Source of the DNA: Isurus oxyrinchus
Taxonomy: Eukaryota
Assembly: GCA_026770705.1 (NCBI GenBank)
Contig: JANJGN010000021.1
Span: 104,904,001 to 104,968,000 of the forward strand
DNA: 64,000 bases
Reading direction: 5' to 3'
This document shows positions 25,395 to 37,249 of this stretch, one piece after another. The translations under genes were made by a program, and so were the position numbers. Position 1 is the stretch's first letter; the number at the start of each line of letters is the position of its first letter. Below the pieces are notes generated by a model that had not been told where the DNA came from, did no database searches, and worked only from the letters and a program-made list of their open reading frames with translations.

Positions 25395-25514
25395 CGATGC
25401 TTTGCCAGATCAGTCCAAATATAAGGAGCGCTGCGGTTATACCCAGCAAAGTCAAAGCACCTTTCAGTCCAAGTATCAGGTCAGGCTTCCCGCTATTTTC
25501 CTCTGGCATCTTGC
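25395..25514 (-). CDS. NCR3: NCR3-like stalk and transmembrane exon (charged Lys in TM)
   Basis: Acceptor cttatttcag|GCAAGATG joins the V exon in frame (C|GC = Arg), giving RKMPEENSGKPDLILGLKGALTLLGITAALLIFGLIWQSI. The Lys in LGLKGA sits where NKp30 has Arg (LLLRAG). 120 nt, phase 1/1, with a weak donor ATCG|gtgtgt. Confidence 0.8.
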
Positions 25515-25632
25515 CTGAAATAAGGAGTTAAGTCAATATTTTTAAATTTTAATCTGCAAATGTTGAGGAAAAATGATTTTGTCTTCTATGATAAAAACTA
25601 CGGTTGTAAGCATATATAAATAAATGGAGAAC

Positions 25633-26538
25633 TGTGATGAAAGTATAATAATTTTCATAATATTTTCTTGGTTTATTGTGAATTAGGTTTATGGGGGTAA
25701 GTATAGTTGGGTCTGTCTGTGTGATTTAATGACATTTGGGGTGCAAGCTTGAAATCATCAAAAGAAGTCATGTGCTTGACATGCTGACGAGTAAACATGG
25801 ATGCTGGCTTAGGTAAAGTGTGAAGGCAATTTGCATTTTTAGATAAATGAAGATTTGGATTTCAAAGGGAGCTTAGTGTGTTTACAACTAGCCAGATAAG
25901 CAAGGCTAAGGAATGTGTTTGTTTTTCCCCAAAGATTACTGACAATATTGGCAACATGAAAGTTTTAAATTATGAGCAAGTTACAGTTTCAAAGACATCA
26001 AGAACAATATAATTTACATATTAAAATGAGAGAAATATATATAAAGGAGAATGAAAGGCAATGTGGGAGGAAGACCATGTAAGCTCTGACAGGAGTGTTT
26101 CAAATCGCCTTAATAAAGCCCCTAACCATGAATGCTATGTAACAAAACTGAGTTTGGGGTAAAGCCATTTGGAATTCCACTGTCAAGTGGGTATTGTGTT
26201 AACTTCTTGGTTCAGTTTTAAATCTAAAATCCACTTTAGATTGTTGCCTTAAAGGAGGAGTAACTGAGGGTCAGGTTATTTAGGAATTTTAGCAGTTATT
26301 ACCGTCATAACTAATTGTAGTCTTATGTATGCACTTGAAATATTTTATATTTTGTTCATAAATATTTTAAAGTAATTTTTATGAAAAATCTCTAAAGGTC
26401 TTGGTGGACTTATTACTTCTGAATTCAGTGGGCATGTCTTATTGTAATAAATACAAATTGCAAAACTGTTGTGAGCGCAACCAAGTTTCCCTTATAAATT
26501 TGGTCCACCTGGCACACATCATCTGCCACGTCATAACA
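25633..26538. mobile_element. Solo LTR in the V-TM intron
   Basis: TGTGATGA...TCATAACA termini with near-identical flanking AGAAC/AGAAT repeats; organisation similar to the 10496 LTR. Confidence 0.55.
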
Positions 26539-26539
26539 A

Positions 26540-26880
26540 GAATTTACCTTTCTATAATGCCTTTCATGACCTCAGAACATTCCAAAGCATCTTACAACTA
26601 ATGACGCACTTTGGAAGTGCGGCTACTTTTGGAATGTAGGAAACTCAGTCAATCTTTGCACAGCAAGCTCCCACAGACAGACTAGATAACCTGTTTATTT
26701 TAGTGATGTTGATTGAGGATTACGTATTGGCCAGGGCACGGAGGGTACCTGCCCTGAAATTCCTCCTCGTATGCTCATGAGATTTTTTACAATCACTCTA
26801 GAGGACTTGGCTGAACATTTCATCCAAAGGATAGCAGCTCCAGGGATGTAGTGCCAAATTTTGAGGTGCAGGAGTTCTAA
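26540..26880 (-). mobile_element. Deu-domain SINE (SacSINE1/AmnSINE-like), old
   Basis: Reverse complement of Deu-core-like motifs (gcacagcaagctcccaca, tagtgatgttgattgagg, attggccaggg); family recognised from memory. Confidence 0.7.
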
Positions 26881-27334
26881 GAAAATGCGTTGGCGCTATA
26901 CTTCTAAATCTGTTATTGCGCTATGTATTAATCAATTGAGTCCCCAAACGTCAGTAAACCTACACTTTTTAAATGAAAAATTTCAAGCCTGTAGGCATTA
27001 TATTTCGAACCATGTGGTATTTTGAATCATTAGTCTTTAGCATAGCTAGAATTTCATTACGTAATTGTTTAACATTTAATTTAAACCCATTGAAACATGA
27101 ATTATAGAAAGCCTTACCTACTTCTGACTGGGCGATGGCACATAGAGAGGCCACTGCTTTTCTTGATTTATATTAATATAACCTAGACCTGAGTGTACGG
27201 GGCATTATTTCAAAATTAGAGGATGATGCAAGATTTGGAAGTATCGTGAACTGGGAAAGAGGCCGGTTTTAACCAGTGTCTTAAGGTAGTAAAAGGAAGT
27301 AGAGAGGCGGAGAGGTGTATGGAGGGAAATCCTT

Positions 27335-28430
27335 GGGCTGAATTTTACGCTCCAAGATCGGGAGGTTTCCCGCTTTGCGGAGTGTATTATGAGGCGGAAT
27401 CCAGCACGGCGGTTTCCGATAATACGGCAAGCGAGCGGGTCTAAAATTCGGGCGCCCGCATTATTCGAATATCAATTTATAAGGCAATTCAGACAATTAA
27501 CAGCCCACCTCACAGCAATAATACGATCAGAAGGCAATAATGAGCTTTCAGGGAGAGATTTGGATCAGGTGGGGAATGCATTCTTAAGGTCAAGCTTGTT
27601 TGAGCGGGTTTGAAAACTGCCGCTGAGACCAGAGTCTCAGGTTTGTAGTTCAAACTCCATTGGCTGCAGGGAGTGCTCATCTGAGTGGACAGAGGAGACT
27701 TTTTGACATTTTTCAGGAGAACTCTCCCCTGCTTCAGAGGGCACTTCTGATGGATTGTCCTGTCCATTGTCCAGGGTTGAGGGGTGAAAGGTGTCTGAGA
27801 CAGAAAGGAGTTGTTGTCGCAGTTGGAGACACAACCTCCCGTGAGGAGGAGAGAAGGATTAGAGGAGGAGAAGAAGGGTGAGAGGAAGAAGGGAACACAG
27901 AGAGGCTCAGGATGCTGTGCTGGCTCAGGAAGGGCACAGAACAGTGACAGGCCCTGAGGGTCAGGAGGAACCAAAAGGCCATCAGAAGAGGCACAGGTGG
28001 AGTTATGCCACCCCGAAGTTATACAGTCAGAGATCTAGCTACATGTGACTGACTTCATAATGTCATTGAACCTTTTGTGGCTCTAGGACTAAGTCCTGCT
28101 CACAACACTAACCCTGTTGACCTCGTCAGCCACCTTCTCCCATGTAGCACGAGTCTGCCTGGGCTTCTTCCTCTCCCTAGTGCTTGGCAGAAGCTGCTGA
28201 TGTCTATCATGTATTGCATGCAGGAGGGCACCATGGGCAACCTCACTGAATCTGCAGGCAGCTTTGCCCCTTCTAGAATGCCTCCCCCTGACTCTGATAT
28301 TGCAGACACCTTTACATGGCATAATACACCTTTTCGATGTCAAAAGTTGGGAGGCTTGCTGAATTTTAAAACTTCTGTCAACTATGAAGTTTGACATGGT
28401 TGGCAGAGATTAGCTAAAATGTAAAATAAA
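27335..28430. mobile_element. Internally deleted PIF/Harbinger DNA transposon (Myb/SANT-like ORF remnant on minus strand)
   Basis: TIR-like gggctgaatttt at 27335. Minus-strand RFSEVAHGALL...TWEKVADEVNRVSVVSRT*...HKRFNDI matches the Harbinger Myb/SANT-like DNA-binding domain. The plus-strand purine-rich stretch resembles the start of the nuclease gene. Confidence 0.72.
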
Positions 28431-28960
28431 AGCAGAGATTGCTGGAGAATGCTCAGCAGGCCTAGCAGCGCCTGTGGAGAGAGAAACATGGTTAACGCTT
28501 TGAGTTTGTGTGATTTCTTCAGAGCTGGAGAGAGGTAGAAATGTGATGGAGTTTGTACTTTTGATGAGAGGGGGTGGAGCAAGTAGAGCAAAATAGAAGG
28601 TCAGGGATGGTGGGAGCTTAGGAGGGATTTCACAAAGGACACAAGACAAAGGGAGTGGAGACGATAGTGCTAAAGATGAAGGCATGTGTTAATAGTGACA
28701 TAAAGAGCAGACAGTAGACTGCATTAATAGCAGAACAAGGACCATTGCTCTCTGAAAGCAAAACATAAGAACAAGTTACATCTGGCCATATGGGGGTGGG
28801 GTGGAGGCGGGGGGCAGTGGGTTGGAGGGAGTGGGTTTTGAAAAAAAAACATCAACATGGAGGACAGGGTTCATGGTCTGAATTTGTTGGGCCAATTTAA
28901 GTGTAGAAGATTGTAAAATGCCTAATTGGAAGATGAGGTGCTGCTCCTCTAATTAAGGAA
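28430..28960 (-). mobile_element. Penelope-like element 3' fragment
   Basis: Reverse complement of the family seen at 37250-37975; short derivatives at ~35765-35970, ~41990-42075 and ~42410-42520. Confidence 0.65.
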
Positions 28961-30266
28961 TCGACTTTACAGCCCGGTTTTTTGAAACCATCTTTCCGAA
29001 CATGCCAAGATATTTACGGTTCCGCACCAGGTTTCTCAGCAATGAAGCAAAGGTCGGGTAATAATCCATTGAATTTGGTGGGTGATGAAAACTGTTTGGG
29101 TGCGACTGCAGGGAAGTTCCATCTCCCTTATCTACTCATGTATGCAAACTCAATGGAATGCCTTTCAAAGTGTAGGTCCCTGTATACACTTTTGTATTAA
29201 AAATGCCAAAGATACTTAATGTTCCAACTTAATCGCAACGAGCACGCCAATTTCTTGTTACATTGTTTTTTTTAACAGTTATATATTGGCAAATTCTAAC
29301 AAAATATTGATGACCATTATCGTACTCTCTATACCTATTACATAAAATAAGGCCAAACTGAGAGTAGGTCAATCAGAAGTGAACATTCTTTAACTTTTTT
29401 AAAAGTCTTTGCTCCGTGTGTTTGGAGCCGTCTGCATCGGCCGCTCCCTGGCTCTACTTGGAAGTGCCGGAGGGGCACTCCGGTGCGATCCGGCAGCACT
29501 ACATCCCTGGGCACCTCCAACACTGCAGCACTCTCTCCATTTCGCTCTGGAGAGTTCGTCTTGATTTTTGTGCTCAAGTGTCTTAGACTGGGACTATAAC
29601 GGTAGAAACAGTAAAATTGAGTCTGGATAATTGCCACTGCAAAGCGCTTCTTAAGTAAGAGCAATATCTAGAGACGTCCTTCTACTTGTGTTGCGTTTCT
29701 GCCTGCTCTCCCTAAAGGAATGACTCTTCATGCGTTCTGGCGACACTGGGGAATCGGGAATATTCAACGTTGAGCCCAGCGGGTAGAGATTGGCTGATTG
29801 ATTCTAAGCAGTGTCACAACGCAGCTCAGCCCTAGTCGGCTTTGGCATGGACTTTGGCCTTATTGCTTCGGCAACCCGTTATACATTGCGCTCCGTTTTC
29901 GGTTTCATTGATTCAAGGGGACTTCAGTTATGCTGACTTCAATAAAACGGAATACCCGACGTGTTGCACAACGGGCTGCAGACGCGATGCAGTATGTTTT
30001 GCATCAGCGCCTGCGTCCAGTTTCATTGCCGCTCCCGCCCCATCTCCAGATGCACACATAAATACCGGCACATTCTGGAGAGCAACATTTGAGGATGACG
30101 AGAAGGATTTACTCTGAATGATCTGCAGGTCCCTGATGCCCATATTACTACAGAGTAGTGAGGTCAGTTAATTTATCACAGTCTGCAAATTGGCCCGGGG
30201 CAGTCCGATTAGTCTGTGAAATTAAAAGACTTTTTGAATAAATGATTATTTTAAATTGTCACTTAC

Positions 30267-30605
30267 GCTTTACTTCCAGTTTGGTGCCATTTCCATTTCT
30301 CATTCCTGTTCCCATTAAGCTTACACGACAGTAATAAGTGTCTGAGTCTTTCTCAATCAACTCGGAGATATTAATGAATATTCTGTTGTTGGCAAATGAA
30401 TCGCTGTCTGATCTCTCCAGCCGAGCTTCATAAAACGGACTATTGTCCAGTTTGTAGCCATCTGGTTTTCCCCGTGTCCAGTGAGCTGCTCCGACCAGGG
30501 CTAGGTTTCCGTCAAAGTCTAAGGCACAGTGCAGTGTTACCGACTCCCCCTCCGCTGCAATTATAAAGGGAGGGAACTGGTAAACGGTGTTACTCGGCTT
30601 CCCAT
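30267..30605 (-). CDS. NCR3: NCR3/NKp30-like receptor, Ig V-set (VJ-type) domain exon
   Basis: 339-nt open exon, phase 1/1, acceptor tttctttcaacag|ATGGG, donor AAGC|gtaagt. Translation DGKPSNTVYQFPPFIIAAEGESVTLHC...AAHWTRG...INISELIEKDSDTYYCRVSLMGTGMRNGNGTKLEVK has canonical V-set Cys, Trp, DxxxYxC and GxGT. It resembles human NKp30 as recalled from memory (VSQPPEIRTLEGSSAFLPC...YVCRVEVLGLGVGTGNGTRLVV). The symbol means family-level similarity, not proven orthology. Confidence 0.88.
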
Positions 30606-31807
30606 CTGTTGAAAGAAACAACTTGAATTTTAAACGAGATAAGGTTAAATGTTGCCCGACAAAAGGTGTAATTATTATTTCATAAATTATAGATGTAAAG
30701 GAAATGAAGAGAACAGTGGATGCTGGAAGCGTCAAATAAATAAGCAGAAAGTGTTTGACCTGTCTAGCAAATCAGTCACAGCCTGAAAGAGAAAGGCAAG
30801 TTCATGTTTGGTTATTTTGGCAAGGTGATGTTTGGTTATTTTGTCAGGTTAATGTCTGATTGTGTTGGCGGGTTAATCAAAGGCAGCCGCCAATTAACGT
30901 CAGCAACGTCCCACATTTGGCTTAAACTTAACGAAGGTATCGCCTAGAATTTCTGCGGCGGGCTGCCTCCATCTCCCATCGTAACTTCGGCGGAAGATCG
31001 ATGAGCTTAAACAGCCGCCGAACTTCCATCAAAATTAGGGTCGGAGATCGAAGGAACCTCTCAGGAATTCTAAACCTGCTCGCAGGAGCCTGGTCTATTG
31101 CTAAGCAGGGAACAGCTCTGTTTCATGGTTAGTGCGGCAACATTCTGTAAACTGCAAGGAAATTAAAACCTTAACGATTTGTCCCCCCGGTGCGTTTTGC
31201 CGACTGGGAAGTGGGAATGTCCTCCCAAAACAAGTCGAATTTCTGCAAGATTTGCAGTTTAAATTTGCACCATTCTCCAGCCTATCGGCGTCATCCGTTA
31301 AGCAGTTAAAATACAGTTTACTCACCAGCGCCCGTTGCAAGGATAATCAGCTGAAGTAGAGTGAGCTGTTGGCTTAACAGCATCATCTGTGAATTTGTAC
31401 AGACGCTGAAAATTATGAGCCAGAAGTCAAGCAAGGTGAGCTGATGTATTCACACCAACCGACCGACTTAAAAAGCGTGAATGGAATTAATTGTGGGTCC
31501 CCCCGTTAATGACACAGGATATAGACACACTGTTGCACAGAATTAAACGCTCTTCGTCTTTAAAGATTTTTTTAAAGAGTTCGGGAATTGTTAACTGTTG
31601 ATGGTGCTTGACAATTAAAGAGCACAGGAAACACAGGGTATTAAGCTCGTCAACTGCTCATGCAATTCGCCAAAAGTGCGGTTTTATGTTTAACCTGCGG
31701 AGTCCGTAAACTGCAGATTGCTCCGTGACGATGATGTTGCAAGTGGCTAAAGTGGAGGGAAGGGGCGGCGTGTAACACACGTGACTAAAAGTTTCCATTC
31801 AGCTAAC

Positions 31808-31874
31808 CGTGGGCCTGGATTCCAGCAGCAATGTTTGTGACTATAATGCTTATGATAATGGCAACTGTGTTCAC
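31808..31874 (-). CDS. Candidate signal-peptide exon of the NCR3-like gene (begins GTG, no ATG)
   Basis: Reads (V/M)NTVAIIISIIVTNIAAGIQAH and ends in a phase-1 donor CACG|gttagc that matches the V exon (G|AT = Asp). An in-frame TGA lies four codons upstream of the GTG and there is no ATG. Confidence 0.45.
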
Positions 31875-32245
31875 ACACAGCTCAGATCACACTCTCGCTC
31901 TTTTATCAGGAGGCCGCGAGTTCAGGTCCACCTCTAGCAGACTGAAAACATATAAATTTAGGTTGACTGTACACTGTCAGATGTGCCGCTTTTCGGATGC
32001 CCCATCTTCGACGGCCATGGAAGTTCCCATGGCGTTAATTTGCAGGATAAGAGCGGAATAGTCTTTGATGCCCTGGCCACTGGTTCTCTCTCCACACAAG
32101 TTATCTGGTCGCTATCATGTGGCTGCTGGTGGAATGGCAACTGTGTTTAACCTTGGCTGTCGGGTTTCCTAAACGGTAACATTGCTTCATTGAATGCAAA
32201 GGGCTCTCCGACTTTGTGAAAGGCGCCATATGAGCGCCAGCCCAT
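31875..32245 (+). mobile_element. Deu-domain SINE (tRNA head), highly diverged
   Basis: Head agctcag...cactctcgc...gagttcaggtcc; core cactgtcagatgtgccgcttttcggatg, cccatggc, ttatctggtc; tail gtgaaaggcgccatat. Confidence 0.68.
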
Positions 32246-32674
32246 CTCCTAGCTTTAAACGTCTGATGACTTCGCAGGAAACCAGATAGAATCATGTTGG
32301 ATGGTGAGGTATGATATGTTTGAACTGAAATTCGGTATTGGCTATGGCCTTTTTTCAATTGCAGACCACCCACAGAGCCCAGTTGCTTATGTTAGTGATG
32401 TTTATTCATCCGCCTTGATTCAAGAGGACGGACGATTAACAAACGTGATTCAGTTATAGTTATTAATCCCCCAGCTATATATTTTTGCACTAAAGCACAC
32501 TTTCATCTCAAATCTACTAGTCAATTGCATAGAACGATTTATGCACAAATTCTTTTATGGTGATGTCCGTTTGTACAATTTTAATTTGTCAATCTTTCGT
32601 TTTATTATTATGAGGAAGAGTGCATGATTTTCAAATAGCTTTATGTAAAACAAAAACTACTAAAACGAGTCTAT

Positions 32675-35190
32675 TTAAATATAGGAACAGGAGAAGGCCA
32701 TTCAGCCCGTCGAGCCTGCTGCGCTATTCAATGCAATCATGGCTGATCTTATATTTCAATGCCTTTTACCCACACTATCCCCATAAACCGTTACGTTATT
32801 GTTAATCAGAAATCTATCAATCTTTATCTTAAACATACTCAATAGCTGAGCTTCCATGGCCCTCCTGGGGTAGAGAATTCCAAAGATTCGCAACCCTCCG
32901 AGTGAAGAAATTTCTCCTCATCTCGGTCTTAAGTGGCTTTCCCCTTATATTGAAATTGTGTCCCCTGGTTCTAGACTCCCCAAATAGGGGAAACACCTTA
33001 CCTACATCTACCTTATCTGCCCATTTAAGTATTTTGTAGGTTTCAATGAGATCACGTCTTAATCTTCGAAACTCTGGAGAATACAGACCCAGTTTCCCCA
33101 ATTTCTTTTTGTAAGACAGTCCCACCATCCCCGGAACAAGTCTGGTGAACTTTCGTTGCACTCCCTCATGGCAAAAGTATCCCTTCTGAGGTAAGGGGAC
33201 TAAAACTACACACAGCACTCCAGGTGCAGTCTAGCCAAGCTTCTATTCAATTGAAGCAAGACTTCACTACTCCTGTACTCAAATCCTCTTGCGATAAAGG
33301 CTAACATTCCATTAACCTCCTTAATAGCTTTCTGCACCTGTATGTTAGCCTTCAGTGACTTATGATCAAGGACACCCAGGTCTCTTTGTATATCTACACT
33401 TTCTAATCTATTACCATTGAGGGAATACTTTACACATCTGTTCCTTCTACTGAAGTGGATGACCTCATATTTTTCCACATTATATTCCATCTGCCATGTT
33501 CTTGCCCTCTCACAAAGCCTGCCCAAATCCTCCTGTAGCCGTTTTACACCATCCTCACAATATACATTCCAGTCTAGCTTTGTAACTTTAGCAAACATTA
33601 ATATATTATACTTGATCCCCACATCCAAATCATTGATATATATTGTGAACAGCTGGGGCCCCAAGTCCTGACCTTTGCAGTACCCAATTAATCACAATCT
33701 GCCAACGTGAGAATGACCTGCTTTCTGTTTTCTGCCTGTTAGCCACTCCTTAATCTATGCCAGCATATTGCCTCCTATGCCACGTGCTTTTATTTTGCTA
33801 ATCATCCTCCTGTGGGGGACTTTACAAAAAGCTTTCTAAAAATCCAAGTATCCTACATCCATCGACTCTACTCTACCAATTTTGTTAGTAACATCCTCAA
33901 AAAACTCCAACGAGTTCGTCAAACATGATTTCCCATTCACAAATCCATGCTGTCTATGTCCAATCAGGTCATGATTATTCAAGTATCTATTTATCACATC
34001 CTTTATAATAGATTCTAGCATTTGCCCTACCACTGGTGTAAGGCTAACAGGTCTGTAGTTCCCTGTTTTCTCTCTCCCTCCCTTCTTAATTAGTAGGGTG
34101 ACAGTTGCTACCTTCCAATCTTCAGGAACCATTCCAGAATCTGTAGAATTTTGGAAAATGACCACCAATGCATCCACTATCTCTATAGCAACCTCGTTCA
34201 ACACTCTGGGGTGCAGAATATCAGGTTCCAGCGACTTGTCAACTTTCAGCCCCATTAATTCCCCAATACAACCCTCTTACTTATACTAATTTCTTTCAAC
34301 TCATCATTCTCTTTTGGATCTCTAAATCTGGGAGCTTTCCTCTATCTTCCTCACTGAAAACAGACACAAGTCATTTAACTCCCTGCCATTTCTCTATTCC
34401 ACATTATGTATTATTCTAACTCTGCCTGTAATGGACCCATATTGGTCTTAGCCAACCGTTTCCATTTTACATACCTATAGAAGCTTTTACAGTCCGTTTT
34501 TATGCTTTTTGCCAGATTGCATTCATTTTCTATTCTCCCTTTCTTTACTAGTTTCTTGATCTTCCTTTGCTGTATTCAAAAAAAGCTCTAATCCTACTTC
34601 TGGCAACTTTATATACCTTTTCTTTTAAACTTGTACGATCCTTAAACTTCCTTTGTCAGCCACGGTTGATTGACCTTTTTGGATTTTTGCACCTTGAAGG
34701 AAAGTATAGTAGTTTTTTGAAGATTATCAATTGCCTCTGTACAGTCATACCTTTTAATGTATTTCCCCAATCCACCTCAGCCAATTTGCCCCTCATGCCT
34801 TCGTAATTTCCTTTATTCAATTTTAATACCCTTGCTTCCGATTGAACTACCTCACTTTCAAACATAATGTAACATTCATAATATTGTGGCCACTCTTCCC
34901 TAAAAGTTCTTTTACAACAACATAATTAATTATCTCTTTTTCATTACATGATACGAGATCTAAAATAGCCTGACCTTTAGTCTAGAACATACTGCCCTAG
35001 AAAATCATCTCTAACACACTCCAAAAACTCATCTTCCACAGCATTAGTACTAAATTAGTTTTTGCAGATTGAAGGCACCCATGATTACGTATTACCCATG
35101 CTACATGCTTCTCCCATTCCTGATTAATACAATGCCCCACATTACCATTAATATTTGGTGGCCTATAAACACCTCCAACCAATGTCTGCC
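32675..35190 (-). mobile_element. CR1 LINE ORF2 (degenerate)
   Basis: GPQLFTIYINDLD, NYRPVSLT, QHGFVNGKSCLTN and YLDF motifs, plus a CR1 3' tail at ~32680. Confidence 0.92.
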
Positions 35191-37249
35191 AAATGTCCAA
35201 CCAAGATTTTAACTTGTATGCTGTATGATGTACATGAGAATTTCCCATAATAAAATCAATGCTTGGGACACTAGCTTGTTTGGAAAGCAGTGAAACGAGA
35301 TATAAAAGCCTGGCTGTATGATTCAGAAGGCGTCACCCTAGCAGCCTGATCCAGAATGTTGGGCAAAGTGCTGAATCATCAGTTGTATTTTCAAAACCTG
35401 AACTTAATTTAGGTGGCATGTGCGGAATACCACTATCGATAGCTTAACTTAATGGGTCACCAATTGGAAGTCATTGAAAAACAGCATCATAGTGACTGGC
35501 ATTACAAGAGGTGTGCACTTCCTGAGTTGGGCTTAGGAAACGATCAAGAACAATATCTGCAGCGAGTTCTTCTGATCTTCTGCGATCACTTCAGTGGGCG
35601 GAAACCAGGCAGAGAATCTTTGTTTGCTCCTCCGCCATTATTAAGACAAAGAGATGTAGAAGCGTGGATAAGTTCCACGATTCATTTGAAACTCCATTGA
35701 ATGAAACCCTAGATCTGATCAACAGTCTTTTGGTCAACGTCAGCAGTTTCCTTCATAATTATCAACAAAAACAGAAAATGCTGGAAAACTTCAGCAGGTC
35801 TGACAGCGTGTGTGGAGAGAGAAACAGAGTCTCTGAAGAAGAGTCATTCAGAATCGAAACGTTAACTCTGTTTGTCTCTCCACAGATGCTGTCAGGCCTG
35901 CTGATCTTGCCCAGCATTTTCTGTTTTTATTTCAGACTTCCAGCGTCCGCAGCATTTTACTTTTATCCTTCATAATTATTAACTTTTTTTCTTAAGATCA
36001 GCACAAGGTATTAGGGCAACTTGTGCCTACACATTGGCGTTAATCTGCGGGAAGCTTTGGTAGAACACTCTTGATTTATCTAGTCAATGAAGGTGAAAAA
36101 CAGGACTTTTATTCATCTTTTCCAAAGGCCTGTGTTGACATTTGTCCTCCCTCTAATGTATACGAATGAATGGCGCAGGGAAGCCGAAATTATTCTGCAA
36201 AATATATTTATTATACGTCATTGCCAAAGGGAATGCAAAAGATTGCATAAGGAAGAGTATCGTGTTTGATAAACATTATGCCGATCATTTTGGGGGGAAA
36301 CATGGAAAATAGAATAAAACTGCCATTCCGAGTGGAGTAATAGTGAAGAAGAGCAATCAAGAAATAAAGATGCACATCTGCCCTTAAAGTGATAGTAAGT
36401 TTAAATCATCAAACTGATGTCTGATTCTGGGATTTCCAGTTTGGCTCTTTTCTTCTTTCATGGTACTCGGGTGTCGATGGCTCGGTCTGCATTTATTTTG
36501 CCGATCCTTAACTGCTCTGAAGAAGAGCCATGAGTCTCTTTCTTGAACGGCTGCAGTCCATGTGGTGTAGGTACACCCACAGTGCTGTTAGGGCGGAAGT
36601 TCCAGGTTTTTGACCCAGCCACAGTGAAGAAACGGCAAGTTCCAAGTCAGGATGTTAAGTGGCTTGGAGGGGAACTTGCAGGTGGTGGCTTCCCCTGCAT
36701 CTGCTGCCCTTGTCCTTCTACGTGGTAGAGGTCATGGGTTTTGAAGGTGCTGTTTGCAGAACCATGGCAAGTTCCTGCAGTGCATCTTGTAGCTGGTACA
36801 TACTGCTGTCACTGTGTGTTTGTGGTGGATGGAGTGAATATTTAAGGTAGTGGATGAGGTACTAATCAAGAGGACAGCTTTACCCTGGACGGTGCCAAGC
36901 CCCTTGAGTGTCATCGGAACTGCACTCGTCCAGGCAAGTGGAGATTATTCCATCATACTCCTGACTTGTGCCTTGTAGATGGTGGAGAGAGTTTGGATGT
37001 CAGGAGGTGAGTTACTCGCTGCAGGTTTCCTATCCTCTGACCTGGTCTTGTAGCCACAGTATTTATATGGCTGATACAGTTCAGTTTTCAGTGACCCCAG
37101 CGTAATTTTATCATTTAATTTTTCATATATCAATCATGAAACCTAGATGCAACGTTACTTTAGCTCCTGCATTTTTCTCCAACATTATATTCAACACTGC
37201 ACTCAGTCCTCTATTTTGAACAAATGGCCTGCCTTTTTACAATATGTAT

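Noticed and set aside
29842-30117. ORF 'MAWTLALLL...' resembling the human NKp30 N-terminus
   Set aside because: TTG start, opposite strand to the V exon, and no domain follows; coincidence.
30525-30531. CACAGTG heptamer inside the V exon as a possible RSS
   Set aside because: No nonamer at 12 or 23 bp; it is simply the reverse complement of the His-Cys-Ala codons.
30606-30735. Hydrophobic N-terminal extension of ORF 30259-30735 as a signal peptide
   Set aside because: It starts at TTG, is T-rich intron sequence, and lies upstream of a clear acceptor at 30606-30608.
31858-32148. 14-bp repeat atggcaactgtgtt as the TSD of the SINE
   Set aside because: The second copy lies inside the SINE body, which continues to ~32245, so it does not flank the element.
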